64,000 bases of DNA, from the NCBI GenBank assembly GCA_977018835.1, contig OZ361256.1, forward strand, positions 62,001 to 126,000, in the 5' to 3' direction. Numbering within the stretch: position 1 is the first letter of the stretch; each line of letters opens with the position of its first letter. The position numbers and the translations under genes are program-made. The DNA comes from Minutocellus sp. GHC0000111 (lineage: Eukaryota). The notes beneath the pieces were generated by a model. The model did not search any database. It worked only from the letters and a program-made list of their open reading frames with translations, and was not told the DNA's origin. Below are positions 13,363 through 25,232 of the stretch, one piece after another.

Positions 13363-14860
13363 TCAGCGAATACTTCCAATTCCTGCTTGGTGAGCAGCTC
13401 GAGATGCAGTAAATTCGCCATGTGGTGGAAGGCCTGCACTCAACGAGCTGTGTTTATCATCCATCATATATTCCGCCAGCCGCACTCCACTCGTCCAAGC
13501 TCCTCCGATTGAGGAATCCAGCAGCCAGTCTCCACAGGCACCAACACCGAAATCTGAATCAAACAAAAATCCAGATTCAGCTGCAGAGACTTCCGTTTCA
13601 CCGGTAGCAGTGCTGTTGGTCTTCCAAGTGTTTAGAGGCACAGCCGCTCCCCATAGCTGTAGTTTGCTGTCCAATATATGTTCCTTCCTCAAAGAGTCGG
13701 GTGAGAGACCCAGACTTTCTGAGATGGCCTGCAGAAGAAGGCTGCTTACTTCTTCGACTGTGTCACTCGGGATATTTTCCTGGGGTGCTTTGAATTTCTT
13801 CGCGAACGTCGGCGAGCTCAATACTGTCCAAACCTCAAAGCGATCATTCTTTATCTTTTGTCCATCATTTTCCTTTCTAGTCTGACAAGTCAGAAAGCGG
13901 AGCTTTGGGTGATTTTTTACATAACAGGATATAACCTCTTCCCCCAGCTTTTCGCTTAAAGGCGATCCATCCTTTTTGATGGCAAAAGAATACGAATAGA
14001 TGCTGTTCAAAGTTTTGCGTTTTCCTCCCCACTTTGGGACCGTTGGCGCAAAATTTGTTCGAAGCAAGCTGTGGAGCTTCCTTGCTGGCGTTTTGGACAT
14101 GAGCCTATCCGCACACTTCCCGTTGTGGGCGATAACCAGCTCGTCGAATGTACCGAGTGGCTTTCCGTTTCTCTGTACACGCCACAATGGCCTACCTTTG
14201 TCGCCATTGAATTTCACGCCGTTGCCCGGGCTCACCCACGCATCTTGTTCAATCCTAAATTCGTTCTTGCCCGAAGCAATGGCTTGAGGAACAGCACTCA
14301 TACCACCGTTTCCATACCACATTTCGCTCAAGAAAGGATTCGCCGCCCTTTCCATCAACAATATCACAAACCGACCCATCTGGAAATTTCTTAAGTACAC
14401 CATCGGCTTCCCACTGTCTGACTTGCTCTTCGAATGCCTCAAAGCCTTTGCCTTTGGGGATAGTTAGAATTTGGGCCGCATGATCTATCACAATGCTGTC
14501 CAAAATCTGACTCTTGCTGGCACCATCCTTTGTGCCTTGGTCACCAGGCAATCGAGACGAGCAGCGACCTCCCGGTCTGAGCCTTCCAGTATCAAACACC
14601 GTTGGAATGTACTTGTCTGACTTGGACAACGTCGCCGCGCATGCTAGTCCTGCAATGCCTCCACCGATGACGGCAACTGACTTGGCATCACTATTCCTGC
14701 CATCAGCGGAACTCATCATCATTGTAGCTTCGGTTGCGAACGATTTGGCTGGCGCACCGACAAAGGCGCATGCGCCAGCAGGCTGGAAACTACTAGCAAT
14801 AGCAATCAACGCAAGGACCCGAGCTCTGGAGACACTGCTCGTCACTTGGCGAGGCATCAT
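13363..14860 (-). CDS. Renalase-like FAD/NAD(P)-dependent oxidoreductase with bipartite-type N-terminal targeting peptide; frameshift near 14340
   Basis: VAVIGGGIAGLACA Rossmann motif, GGRCSSR, DHAAQ and C-terminal GACGDW...GAWTSG; hydrophobic N-terminus followed by ACAF. Confidence 0.8.
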
Positions 14861-15282
14861 TGGGACTCGAAAATGTAACGATGGATGCTAGTACAGCAGT
14901 GACTGCGAATGCGAATGACGCATACGCATGTGGAGCCGAGGGCTCGCAGCGACTGGGTCATTGGTATGCACGCTTGACGACATGACACGACGATGACGGA
15001 CGCGACAATCAATGAGCCATGATGATCACCCAGATGCCCAGATGGTCTATCGCTCGCTCTTGGTGAGGGCTAGGAATATATACATTTTACTTCACAGTTA
15101 GATCTATAACTACGAATACTTTCAATCTCCTGAATATATAACACTGAATCAAATTTTTGTTTCTCAACAACCAACTCCTTTGTGGGGGTTGCAGGGTTGG
15201 TTGACCTTACATGTATCTCTTTCCTCCCTTTCTGCATCTGGGGGCTTTCATTTGCAAAGGGTGCATATCTGTATGAAATGAA

Positions 15283-17117
15283 TTAGATCGCCGTAGTATT
15301 GGAATGGAGGACATCGTCAGGATGCCCTTCATGGATTTCTCCGTGATGATCCGGGGGAACATCCACGTCTGGTAAAGTGACCGCAGCAGCCGCAGCGGCC
15401 GCCGCCGCCGCAGTGACCTCAGCGGGGACATCCGTTGCATCGTGGTGATGGCCGCCGACCTCATCATCACCGATGTGGTGATGGCCGACATCATCTCCGT
15501 GTGGATCTCCAAGCTCGGGTGGTGCCGCGTGAGCTCCGACGATGCCTAGATCGATGAGATCGGAAAGCATGTCCTCGGGCATTGTTGACGGCTGACCCAT
15601 CTGGAGCTTGGCTCCCTCCCTCTTCATTTCCTCGACGACTAGGCCCAGGGTCGGGTTCTTCTCGTAAAAGCCAGGGACGGAGGCGTGGCCGTGTTCGTTG
15701 ATGAATGCACGGAGAGCATTAATGCCCTCCCGAAAGCGCTTGTGGGCCATCTCCTCGCGGAGCTCGAATATGAAGCCAATTTCGCGAAGCTGCTGCATCC
15801 TCGCGGGAGACAGACGTTTGGACTCCTTGGGCTTGCGACCCTGGCGGATGAGGCGGTACTGACGACGGATGTAAGAAACCCACTTTCCGAGGCCGGGGAA
15901 GGTTTGGTCGTCCTCTCGGACGTTGCAGTGGCCATGTTGGCTCCTGAACTGAGCCAGTTCGGCGAGACGGGTATTCCAGGACTCCTCGCGAGACGAACGA
16001 GGCTCAAAGTTGAACCCTACGTCAAGTAGCTTCTGAATATTCTCAGGGGTGAGAGTACAAGGCTTCGAAGGATTACGCTTGTGCATGCGGTAGAGACGGC
16101 GCTGAGTGTCGACCCTGCCACGCAAAGGCAATGCAATTAATCAATCACAGTAGCAAGTAATGATGAATCGAATCCATAAGGAATAGTAAAGGATTGTGAG
16201 ATCCTTCCCAAAATGAAAAACTTCAAATGAAACTTTATTAATAGACCACTCATCAAACGTACCAAGTTCCAAGTTGCGGGTTTGGAGGATACTTCTGCGG
16301 AACATTCGCATGTCCATGCTTTTGTTTGAACTTTCGCAGCTCCTTCAAGCGCTCGTCGAAATTTTTCCGGGTCTTGGTACCGATTACCATAGGAGCGACG
16401 ACATGGTGAATTTGCTGCTGGTGGTGGTGGTCGACTGCGGCATGATCCACTACATCTTCCTCCTCCACTCCCACTTCTCCGTGGTGGTGGTGATGATGAT
16501 GTCCCAAATGATGATGATGATGGCTGTGGTGATGATGCGCCTCAACCGCCGCGGCGGCAGCATGTGCTTCGGCCATGGCGTCGGCGTCGTGCTCCTCGCC
16601 GGGAAGGACGGCGGCCACCGCCACAGCCGCCTCGGTGGCATCCTCGTCCACATCTTCTTGTCCGCCGGCTGCATCCATGGCAGCCGCCGTGGCGGCGGCT
16701 AGGACAGGATCTGCGGTGGTGCCATGATGATCCTCATGCATATGAGCTGCGTGGGCTGCGATATTGAAGGGAACAAGTGCAATTCAAACGGTGAGAAAGG
16801 TAGAACAAGATGGGATTGGATGGCTGGGTACCAGTTCGTCCCACAGGACAGAGAGGCAGAGCTGCCACAATCACATCATGCAAATACCATTTCTTCTTTC
16901 TCGGTGGGCGAAACTCAAATCCAATGACACCAACCCAACACATCCTTACGAAGAATGCTGCATGACACATAATTCCTTGCGGGGACGCATGTGTCTAAAA
17001 AAATCACCAAACATGAAAACCCAACTCACCAGCGGCATGGGCCGCGGCCGCCGCGGCGGCGGCCTCGTGGGTGGCATCCCACCCACCCGTATCATCAACA
17101 TCGTATTGGTCTGCCAT
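15283..17117 (-). CDS. Helicase-associated (HA) domain repeat protein; exons 17117-17030, 16755-16263, 16114-15283
   Basis: Three HA repeats (FKQKHGHANVP...LGTWVDTQR, FRSQHGHCNV...LGKWVSYIR, FINEHGHASVP). Introns 16756-17029 and 16115-16262 have GT...AG ends and join the exons in frame. His/Ala-rich N-terminus. Confidence 0.85.
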
Positions 17118-17153
17118 GATGCGCTTGGATATTCAAATTGCCTTGCACCACCA

Positions 17154-17342
17154 TTGTGGGTACCGCACGGTGGGGATGAGCTGGCGACGGTGGTTAGCAG
17201 CAGGCACTAAAACTGCATTCCTGTAGTGCCCAGTTTTTCTGCTGACCACCACCTTCGCCTCCTCTCGTCTCAACTGACCAAGCCACAACCATCTGCGATT
17301 GCTGCCGTTGCAATTGCTAAGTCAGCTTACAGTGCCGGCTCC
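17154..17342 (+). repeat. Left terminal direct repeat of the YR retrotransposon (189 bp)
   Basis: Identical to 25233-25421 except 17161 T versus 25240 C and 17334 G versus 25413 A. Confidence 0.97.
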
Positions 17343-17561
17343 CAGAGCCTGTCTCTCTCTCTCAGTAGTTAGTTAGTTTTAGCATTAGGTTGGTGCTGCT
17401 CTACGAGTTCGTAATTGTTGGCCGACACACCACCACTGCACTGACTGCTTGCTGTTAGTCCAGAGAGACCGCAGTCGACTCCGGAGTCAAACGGCCACGG
17501 CTCGGCTCCGTTGATAGTGCACGTAGATCCGATACCAGTCTCTACGACGGCAGAACAGTGC

Positions 17562-18992
17562 ATGGCCGAACCAGATCGACCGGAACTGGATCACGTGTTG
17601 TTCGGAGTGGCAAGAGACCTCATCGTCCGAGGAGACTCTCTCCTGACCTTCCACGAGGCTGGGACAGACTCAGACGTCAGATTCGGCCCGGGCGCAGAAG
17701 TTTCTTCACAGCCAGGGCGTCGTCCGAGAGACTGACCACAGACGCACTGGATTGGTGGAAAAGTTTTGCCGAGGGCCGAATCGACGTTACCGAGTGCCTC
17801 ACCGATCTCGTCGAGCGCGCCACAGGCTACCTCCCATCGAGAGCCACGGGGTGCCAGCCATCCCCAGCAGCAGCCGTTTCACACCTTACTCCAGTAGCGC
17901 ACGGTCTGGTCGCCGAGCACCTCGAGCAACAAGCCTTCTTGGTGTCACCGGACTGGCCCACGCACCTCGTCAACATCTGGCTGATAGCCACGCGCCTTGC
18001 CGAGCCTGAGATCCGCCGGGCACACGAGACGGCAACTGAGTTGGTTGGACCTGAGCAGTGCACTGTGCCGACTACCACGGGCAGACGGAGGCGTCGTGGT
18101 TCAACAGCATCGGGGGCGAAGGTGTCCGGAGGCATCGGTAGCAGCAGCGCGGCAACACCATTGCATCTGGCCCCAGCTCTGCCGGCTCACGCAGTGCATC
18201 CTCCACTACCAGGCCGACCGAAAAGAAAGACGGCGCATCGCGGCCAGAGAGGGCAGACCTCTAGAGCCGACACCGCACGCTTGCATAGGTTCACGGGGGA
18301 GCGAGCTTCCACCAACGCTGCCGCTCACTTATTTCGAGTGGGAGGTAAGGCCACTCTTCTACCCACGTGACGCACACGACCGAACCGAGCGGGCTGGCGT
18401 CAGTGTGGCATTGGAGCGAGGAGATCTCATCGGCCCTTTCGCCCTGATCACCCAGTTCCCGCTGGATTCGCCGTGCCCGTTCCAGAGACGGCAGCACCTA
18501 CGACCGGACCAACTCACTGAAGCTGTTGTCAACTGGGACAGTGGATTCGAGAGCCTCACCAGCGCTCGACTCCGACACACTCGGCCTGACAGCAATCCTC
18601 TTGGACACCGAGTGGAGGTCAACCCGTACGAATGCTGGGGAAGGCTGGCAGACCTAACGGCGTCCCCCTCACACCACTGGGTAGGCACCTACCATCGAGT
18701 CTATCCGAGGTGGCTAGACGACACGGCCGATCCAAATCGCTGGGAGGGTGCCCACTGCCGCGTCTGGCCAAGAGCATCAATTCACCGGCGCCCCGACGAT
18801 CTCGAGGCACCTATCCGCCTGCGAGACATCACCGCCGATATTTTGGAATCAGAGCCACCGCATCAGGCATTCAACATCCTTCTATCCGCCTTTGGAGAGC
18901 CCGACATCGCCGACCGCATCCTCACCCTCACGGCCGATCTGAACCACATCCAGCGCCGAGAGGACCGACGCCGAAGGCGACAGGCAAGGTGA
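17562..18992 (+). pseudogene. Additional retroelement ORF of unknown function upstream of gag (frameshifted)
   Basis: Three overlapping frames (from ATG 17562, then within ORFs 17558-18370 and 17997-18992) give a plausible protein of about 470 aa ending just before gag. No recognised domain. Confidence 0.5.
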
Positions 18993-19008
18993 TCGAGCAT
19001 TGATCACC

Positions 19009-21068
19009 ATGGCTTCATCTTTCAACACCTGGAAGTCAGTCCTGCTGGCACAAGAGACACCGGCCGGGGCCGACGCCGCCGTAGCTCGAGATTTCCAGAG
19101 ATTCCTCGCCGACAACGTCTGTGAAACCGACCCCACGGCCGCCATGGTCCAGAGCCATGCCCGAGCGATCCAGCAGCAAATCCGCGACGCCGAGGGTTTG
19201 TCCATGCTGGCCCACCATCATCCAGAAGGGAAAGTCGTGGTGATTCACCATGCCGTGGCTCAGGGAGGCACCACCATGCAGCCCGACCTCAGGTTGGGTG
19301 GGCTCCTCGGGATCGACGATGTGGCCCCGGCAATGTCGTTGGCCCAACCTAGCCTCTTGCGGCACAAGGAGGTCCTAGCCCCATCGGTGGAAGCCACACT
19401 GGGGGCACCGTCAGAAGCCGCCCTAACCGGTCTCACCCAGGAAGGCTCCAACACCCGCCACCGGAGTGCCTCCACGAAGTTTAAGTCCCTTGTGCTGCTG
19501 CCACCTTCGATTCTGCAGAATGTTCTGGAAGAGCACGAGGCATCGCCTTGGGCCATCCTGTCCGCCATCAAACGTCGGCTGGATGAGGACGCCGGCAGCG
19601 ACGACGCATCAGACAGCGGTGACGACGAGGGTCACGGCGCAGCAGGTCTTCGCTCCAATGAGGCTATTCAACACGTCGTCAAGTGGCTGTGGTTCGTCGC
19701 CACGTCCGAGCAAGGTGACATCCCGGCCGTCAGCTTGCACCCAACGACGGACCCGGCTCTCAAGACACACGCCCGTGAGATGCACGCTCGGTGCATCACT
19801 GGCGCCAGTGGCGACGGACCACCAGCCGGTGGCGCCCCGACCGACTCTGCAGTTACCACTGCGGCCAACGCCATGACTAGGGCCGCGTCCGAAGTGTCCT
19901 CCCTCACCGGCGCAGTCATGGCCTGCACTGACAAGGTCGACAAGAAGCACTCGGTGAATGGCGCCATCCTCAAGGCCTGTGCCGCTTTCTGCCGGGTCTC
20001 GACCGAGCATGACAATGATGATGTAGCAGCGATCAACTCGAATCTTCCCGAAGGATTGAAAGCACTGCTGGAAGAGTCAAACCTCAAGCAAGCAGCCGTC
20101 GGCCTCGAGCTGCATGTAAAGGGCAAGACCGGAGTCAGGACATCTCTCCAGGGCCTCACCACTCTTACGTCCGCCTCTTTGGCTTCGGGAAGAGCGACAA
20201 GAAAATCTACGATGGCTTCTCTGTCTTCGCCTTTAGCCCGGTAAACTCCAGCAGCAGCAATGCGCCCCTGTGCCTCGCCGCCTCTCAAAAGAAAGGACAC
20301 ACCTCGACTCAGGTGAAGGCTCTTCTGAAGCAGAACTGCCGGTCCCCAACCGAGTGCGACGGTGCCAAACGTCACATCTCGGCCTTCGGCGCTGGCACTT
20401 CCTTCCTTGCCGGAGAGGATTCCGAGCCCGCTCGCTACGTCGCCAGGGTCCTCAGTCACATGAAGACACACGAGGACCAGCACCGCGACATCGCCGAGAG
20501 CCATGGCGAGAAGTTCTGGCTGGCGATGTTCCACAACATCGACGCCTCCATCCATGCATTCTGGAAAGCTTGTCTCCGTTCCCCCGACGACGCCGGCAAC
20601 GACCTCTCTTGCTTCTCAATGGCCGACGAGTCCAAAAAGACAATGAAGACTCAGAATCCTTTCATCTACCCCAGCCACATCAAGCTCGTCCAATCGGCCG
20701 ACGCTCCCACCCCTTCCTCGGATTCCGACTCCGACAAATCAGAGCCAAGAACCAGTCCGAAAAAGAAGCAAAAGACGGGCGGCGCCAGCGGCAGAGCCCA
20801 CCAGCACGAACACTTCGTCACGTTCGATATCAACCCCGGCAACTTTGCAAAACGGCATGGCAAGAAATCCGAGCCCTATGAGGACAGACCTGAAATTAAT
20901 GGCTGTAAATTCTGCCCTCCATTCATCCTGACAGGTGTCTGCGGCGCCGGATCCTCGTGTAAGCTCAAGAAGTCGCATGTCAAGAGGCCTCTTAAGGCAT
21001 CGGAGAGAGGACCCGTCGAGCAGTGCGTCGAGAAGTGCGATCGGAAGTGCGAGGAGGCGGAGGAGTGA
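19009..21068 (+). pseudogene. gag-like ORF with C-terminal CCCH zinc finger; frameshift near 20175
   Basis: ORFs 19000-20244 and 20313-21068 join through GFGKSDKKIYDGFSVF. CPPFILTGVCGAGSSCKLKKSH near the end; positioned before RT. Confidence 0.7.
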
Positions 21069-21672
21069 CGGATCGGGTGGGCACGGAGGCGTGGCCCACC
21101 CTCGGAGGATGCTGGAGAAACATCTCGGCCAGCCGGCCGAGCTCGTCCCTCCAAGCGCCGTCGAGTGCAGCCAGATGCGTCGGCGTCGATCCGCCCCGGT
21201 GGCTCCAGCCGCCCAAGGTTGTCCGGCACCCCAAAATCCGGCGTGTGCGGTCGCAACGACATCAGCAACCAATCCAGGCTCTCCGGTGCCCCTAATGCCG
21301 GAGCAGAAGGCCGAGGCGTTAGCAGTGACCTTCGGTCGGGTCCTGGTCCCCCTAACACCAGCGGTGATGCCTGCGCCGACAACAGCATCTCAGGCTCTGG
21401 CTCCAGCACCACTAACGCTGGCGGTGCGGAAGCCACCGACAACCTCTTCGACCGGCTAGGCCAGCGAGAGAAGGATCTCCTAGGTAAGCAGCCCCAACCC
21501 GAAGCACAGTCTCCCCCTGGTTCCCCTACGCACAGCAAGGAAGTAGAACCGATGCGCCAAAATGGTAAGTGAGACCAACAGGTGAAGAAACACCTACAAC
21601 AAACGGGGCAGCCCAGCGCCCACAATGGGCCCACCACGGTCGGACAGACCCGCATGCTCGTGAACGTGCAGC

Positions 21673-24044
21673 ATGCACATGTCTCACCTTTTTCTCGCCT
21701 TATGCAATTCCACGTGGGAACTAGAGCCCATCTTCGATGTTTCCACCTTGGCACAGCACGTCCGACGAGCAGTCGAGTCCCCGTCGGCCACACCGAAGCC
21801 CACGGAGTTCAGATTTGAGCTCTTGACGGAGGCCGCCGCTCACAATTGGTCGGTCCTCAAGAAATGCGATCGTTCTCTGAGCAGGGCACTCGAGGCGCAG
21901 GGCGGGTCGCCACTCCAACCGGGATCGGAGTTCAGAGACCTGAGTCTTCTGGAGCCGATTCTTGGCCGGCACCCGCTGTGGCCCCGCTTCCGCTCCATTC
22001 TCGACAGTGGATCCGACTGGGCCCTCGATCCGGTGAGCGACGAAAGCAGACTGGACAGCGTGATAAAGAGCATCGGCCGAGGCAACCACAAATCGGCCAG
22101 GGATAGGCCGGAGGCACTCAAGGACCAAGTTCTCGACGACGTGACCCGCGGTTTCGCCCTCCCTCTGCCAGCAAAGGTCGCGCCCCTCATTCCTGGAGCG
22201 GAGGTGGCTCCGATGGGTTTGGTAGCACAGAACACGATCAGCGAGGCTGGCGAGATCATGCCCAAGGACCGCCTGACTCACGACCAATCCTTCGAGATCG
22301 GTGCCGCACGGTCCGTCAACAACAGAGCACGCATGGAGGACCACCAGCCAGTGGTGTTCGGCCATGCCCTCCGGCGAGTGATCCACTACATCGTAGACGC
22401 CCGTCACAAGCATCCCCGCACTCCCATCCTCCTGCAGAAGGTCGATTTCAAGGCTGCGTGTCGCCGGGCCCACTTGGCTCCCAGCACGGCCGTCAAAACG
22501 ATCACCACCCTGGATGGCATTGCCCTCATGTCCCTCCGGCTGACTTTCGGCGGCCGCCCTTGCCCGAGCGAATGGTGCAACATGTCCGAATCGGCGGCCG
22601 ACCTGGCCAGGGCCCTCCTGCAATGCTCGGACTGGGACCCGTCAGAGCTCCACAGCCCCCAGCAGAAGCACTTGGGTCGCCCCAAGGTGGAGGGCGACGA
22701 TGTGCCGTTCGCGCCGGCCCTGGACATGATCGCAACCCTTCCTTCCCGACAACAAGGATGGCGTCGTCGAGCCGCACATCGATGACCTCATCGCCGCAGC
22801 CCCTGACCTGGGCGACAACAAGGATCGGATGTCCGCTGCCACCCTCCTCGCCATCCACGCGCTTGGCCGACCGGTGTCCGACAGCGAGCCACTGCCCAGA
22901 GATGACCTTGCCTCCATCAAGAAGCTGCTCGCCGAGGGGACGCCTTCCGAAGCACTGTGTCTCTTGGGGTGGGATGCTGACACCCGGCGGCTCCTACTGA
23001 GGCTCCCTTGGAGCAAGCACCTGGCCTGGCGCGATGACATGCTTCGGCTCCTCAGAGCCCGCGGCGCCACCAGATCAGAGCTGGACACCTTGGTTGGAAG
23101 GCTAAACCACGTCGGACACATCACTCCAGCCCCGCACGACACTTCCTCAGCCGCCTTCGGGATCGGCTCTGGAAGGCCCGCCGCCACGGCCGCCAACGGT
23201 TCGACTCTGAGGATGCAGAAGACCTCAACCTGTGGCTCCGCTTCCTCCGAAGGGCCGCCGATGGCATGAGCATGAACCTCCTCACGTGCCGTTGCCCCAC
23301 CCACGAGAGCACACAAGTGACGCCTGCGAGCACTGCATCGGCGGATGGTCCTCATCCGGCAGAGCGTGGAGATTTGCCCTCCCCGAGGAGCCATGGGGCC
23401 GGTTCACCCTCAATTACCTGGAATTCCTCGCCGCCGTCATCGGCCCATGGATCGACCACATCGAGGGCAACCTGCCAACCCTCTCCTGCGTGCTGTCGGG
23501 GACCGACAGCACCACGGCCGAGGGATGGCTCAGGAAGTCGAACTTCGTGTCTCACGGCGAGAAGGATGCCGACGTAGCGGTCAAGCTGGCCACGGCGCGG
23601 AAACTAGCCGACATGCTCATCGAGACCAACACCATGCTGTGCTCACAGTGGTTCCAGGGGAAGCGCAATCCGGAGGCCGATTCTCTTTCTCGTGACACCG
23701 ATCTCTCTGATGCTGACCTCACGAAATTGCTTCTGTCATCTCCCGAATGTCAGCTTCCCTCAAATTTCAGGATTGCACCACTGCCCAACGAGATTGCTTC
23801 CTGGATTGTCTCGCAGGCGCGGACGCTGCCCGTCAGGAGGAAGCAGTTACAACGGCCACTGCCGAGAAGCACGCTCTCGCGTGGAGCCGCTGGACTGAGT
23901 TCCTGCAGCTCATCGGGACCGGGGACGACGTCTTCCTCGACAAGGCATCACCCCGAGACCGAACAGTCACTCTCGGCGCCTTTGCCCACGCCGTCCGACA
24001 GGCCAGCTTTTCGGGGCCAAAGTTTTCGCGACTGGCTGCGTTGA
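21673..24044 (+). pseudogene. Reverse transcriptase-RNase H (DIRS/Ngaro type), frameshifted and mutated
   Basis: RT motifs KDRLTHDQS, KVDFKAACRR, LTFGGRPCPSEW, PHIDD (YxDD position), LGW and LVGRLNH. RNase H motifs SDACEH, LNYLEFLA, TDSTTA and NPEADSLSR. Frameshifts near 22745, 23130 and 23310. Confidence 0.9.
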
Positions 24045-24955
24045 CAGTCCGAGACACCGTCTCACAAGCATGCTCGTCGTCCTTCCGGCACAACCAGCGC
24101 AGGGACCCAGGGAAAGACGACATCGGCCAGCCTTCATTCCTTCTACAGCGGCAGTTCCGAGGACACAGCCAGTCCGACCCGGCCGAGCGGCCGGAGAAGG
24201 CGATCACCTGCCGGCTCCTCCGAGAGATCGCCTCCGTCAGGGAAACGGAAGAGGACCGTGCAGTCGGGCAACTAGCCGTCGGCGCCTTCTTCTTCGCGAT
24301 GAGGTCTTGCGAACACTCCAGAGTCAGCGGTGAGCGCAGGACCAAGCTGCTCCGCCTCCGCAACATCCAGTTCTGCCGCGGCCGACGGCGCATGTGTCAC
24401 AACGACCGGTCCCTCCTCTCAGCAGACTCTGTCTCCGTCACCTTTGAGTTCCAGAAGAACGACGAGCGTGACGTCACGACTGCGCAACACTGCACCCACG
24501 ACGCCACCCTCTGCCCAGTTCGAGCTTGGGCTGCCCTGGTGAAACGAGTCCTAGGGCACCCTAGTGCCAACAGCGTCACGCCGGTAAATGCCTTCGTGGT
24601 CAACGGCGTATTAAAATGCATTCCTGCCACCCGAACAGTTGACAAGATCCGAGCGTCGGCCACAGTGATTGGAGAGGACGTCCTGGGCTGCCATCCCTCT
24701 GAATTCGGATCACACTCCATTTGCAGCGGAGCAGCAATGGCAATGTGTCTAAATGATGTTCCCACGTGCACAATCATGCTGGTAGGGCGGTGGTCCAGTG
24801 ACGCCTTCCTCAAGCACATCCGTCGCCAGGTCCAAGAATTTACATCCGGAGTCTCCACACGCATGATCCAACGAGGAGGCTCCTTCTTCAACGTGCCCCA
24901 CGCACACTCGACGAGCCATCGCGAAGACCCAAGGACCCCAAATTGCCGCCAATGA
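23747..24955 (+). pseudogene. Tyrosine recombinase with mutated catalytic residues
   Basis: FFFAMRSCEH, QKND, LCPVRA, HSICSGAA (HxxR position reads C) and GRWSSDAFLKHIR (catalytic Y position reads H). Overlaps RNase H in another frame. Confidence 0.92.
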
Positions 24956-25232
24956 TTCGCCGGCATCAACAGTGTTGGCCGAAATGCCGGCTTCGGGACT
25001 CCAATGCCCCCCTTCGCCCTGTTCACCTAAGCACGACACACATCATTGGCCGATCTGTGCTACGGAAAGGAGGAGGGGGAGAGGGACCTCACCCTATGCT
25101 GCTATCTAAGAAGTTTCATTTACCGCCAATGCCAGCTCCAGTTCACGTAGTTAAACTGCATTTCATGTTCTACTAAGTTGCATAGAGTTGGGAGAATCAG
25201 CGGAGGGAGGTGCTGTGTTCGATGTGTCATCG

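Noticed and set aside
24722..24724. HSIC for HSIR as part of the TpA signature
   Set aside because: This is CGC>TGC, an ordinary CpG transition and a different process.
21673..24955. Alternative genetic code (His/Cys codons read as Tyr) or a bacterial retron/DGR system
   Set aside because: Host genes use TAY for conserved Tyr normally. There is no template/variable repeat pair or msr-msd, and the changes are transitions on both strands rather than random substitution at A.
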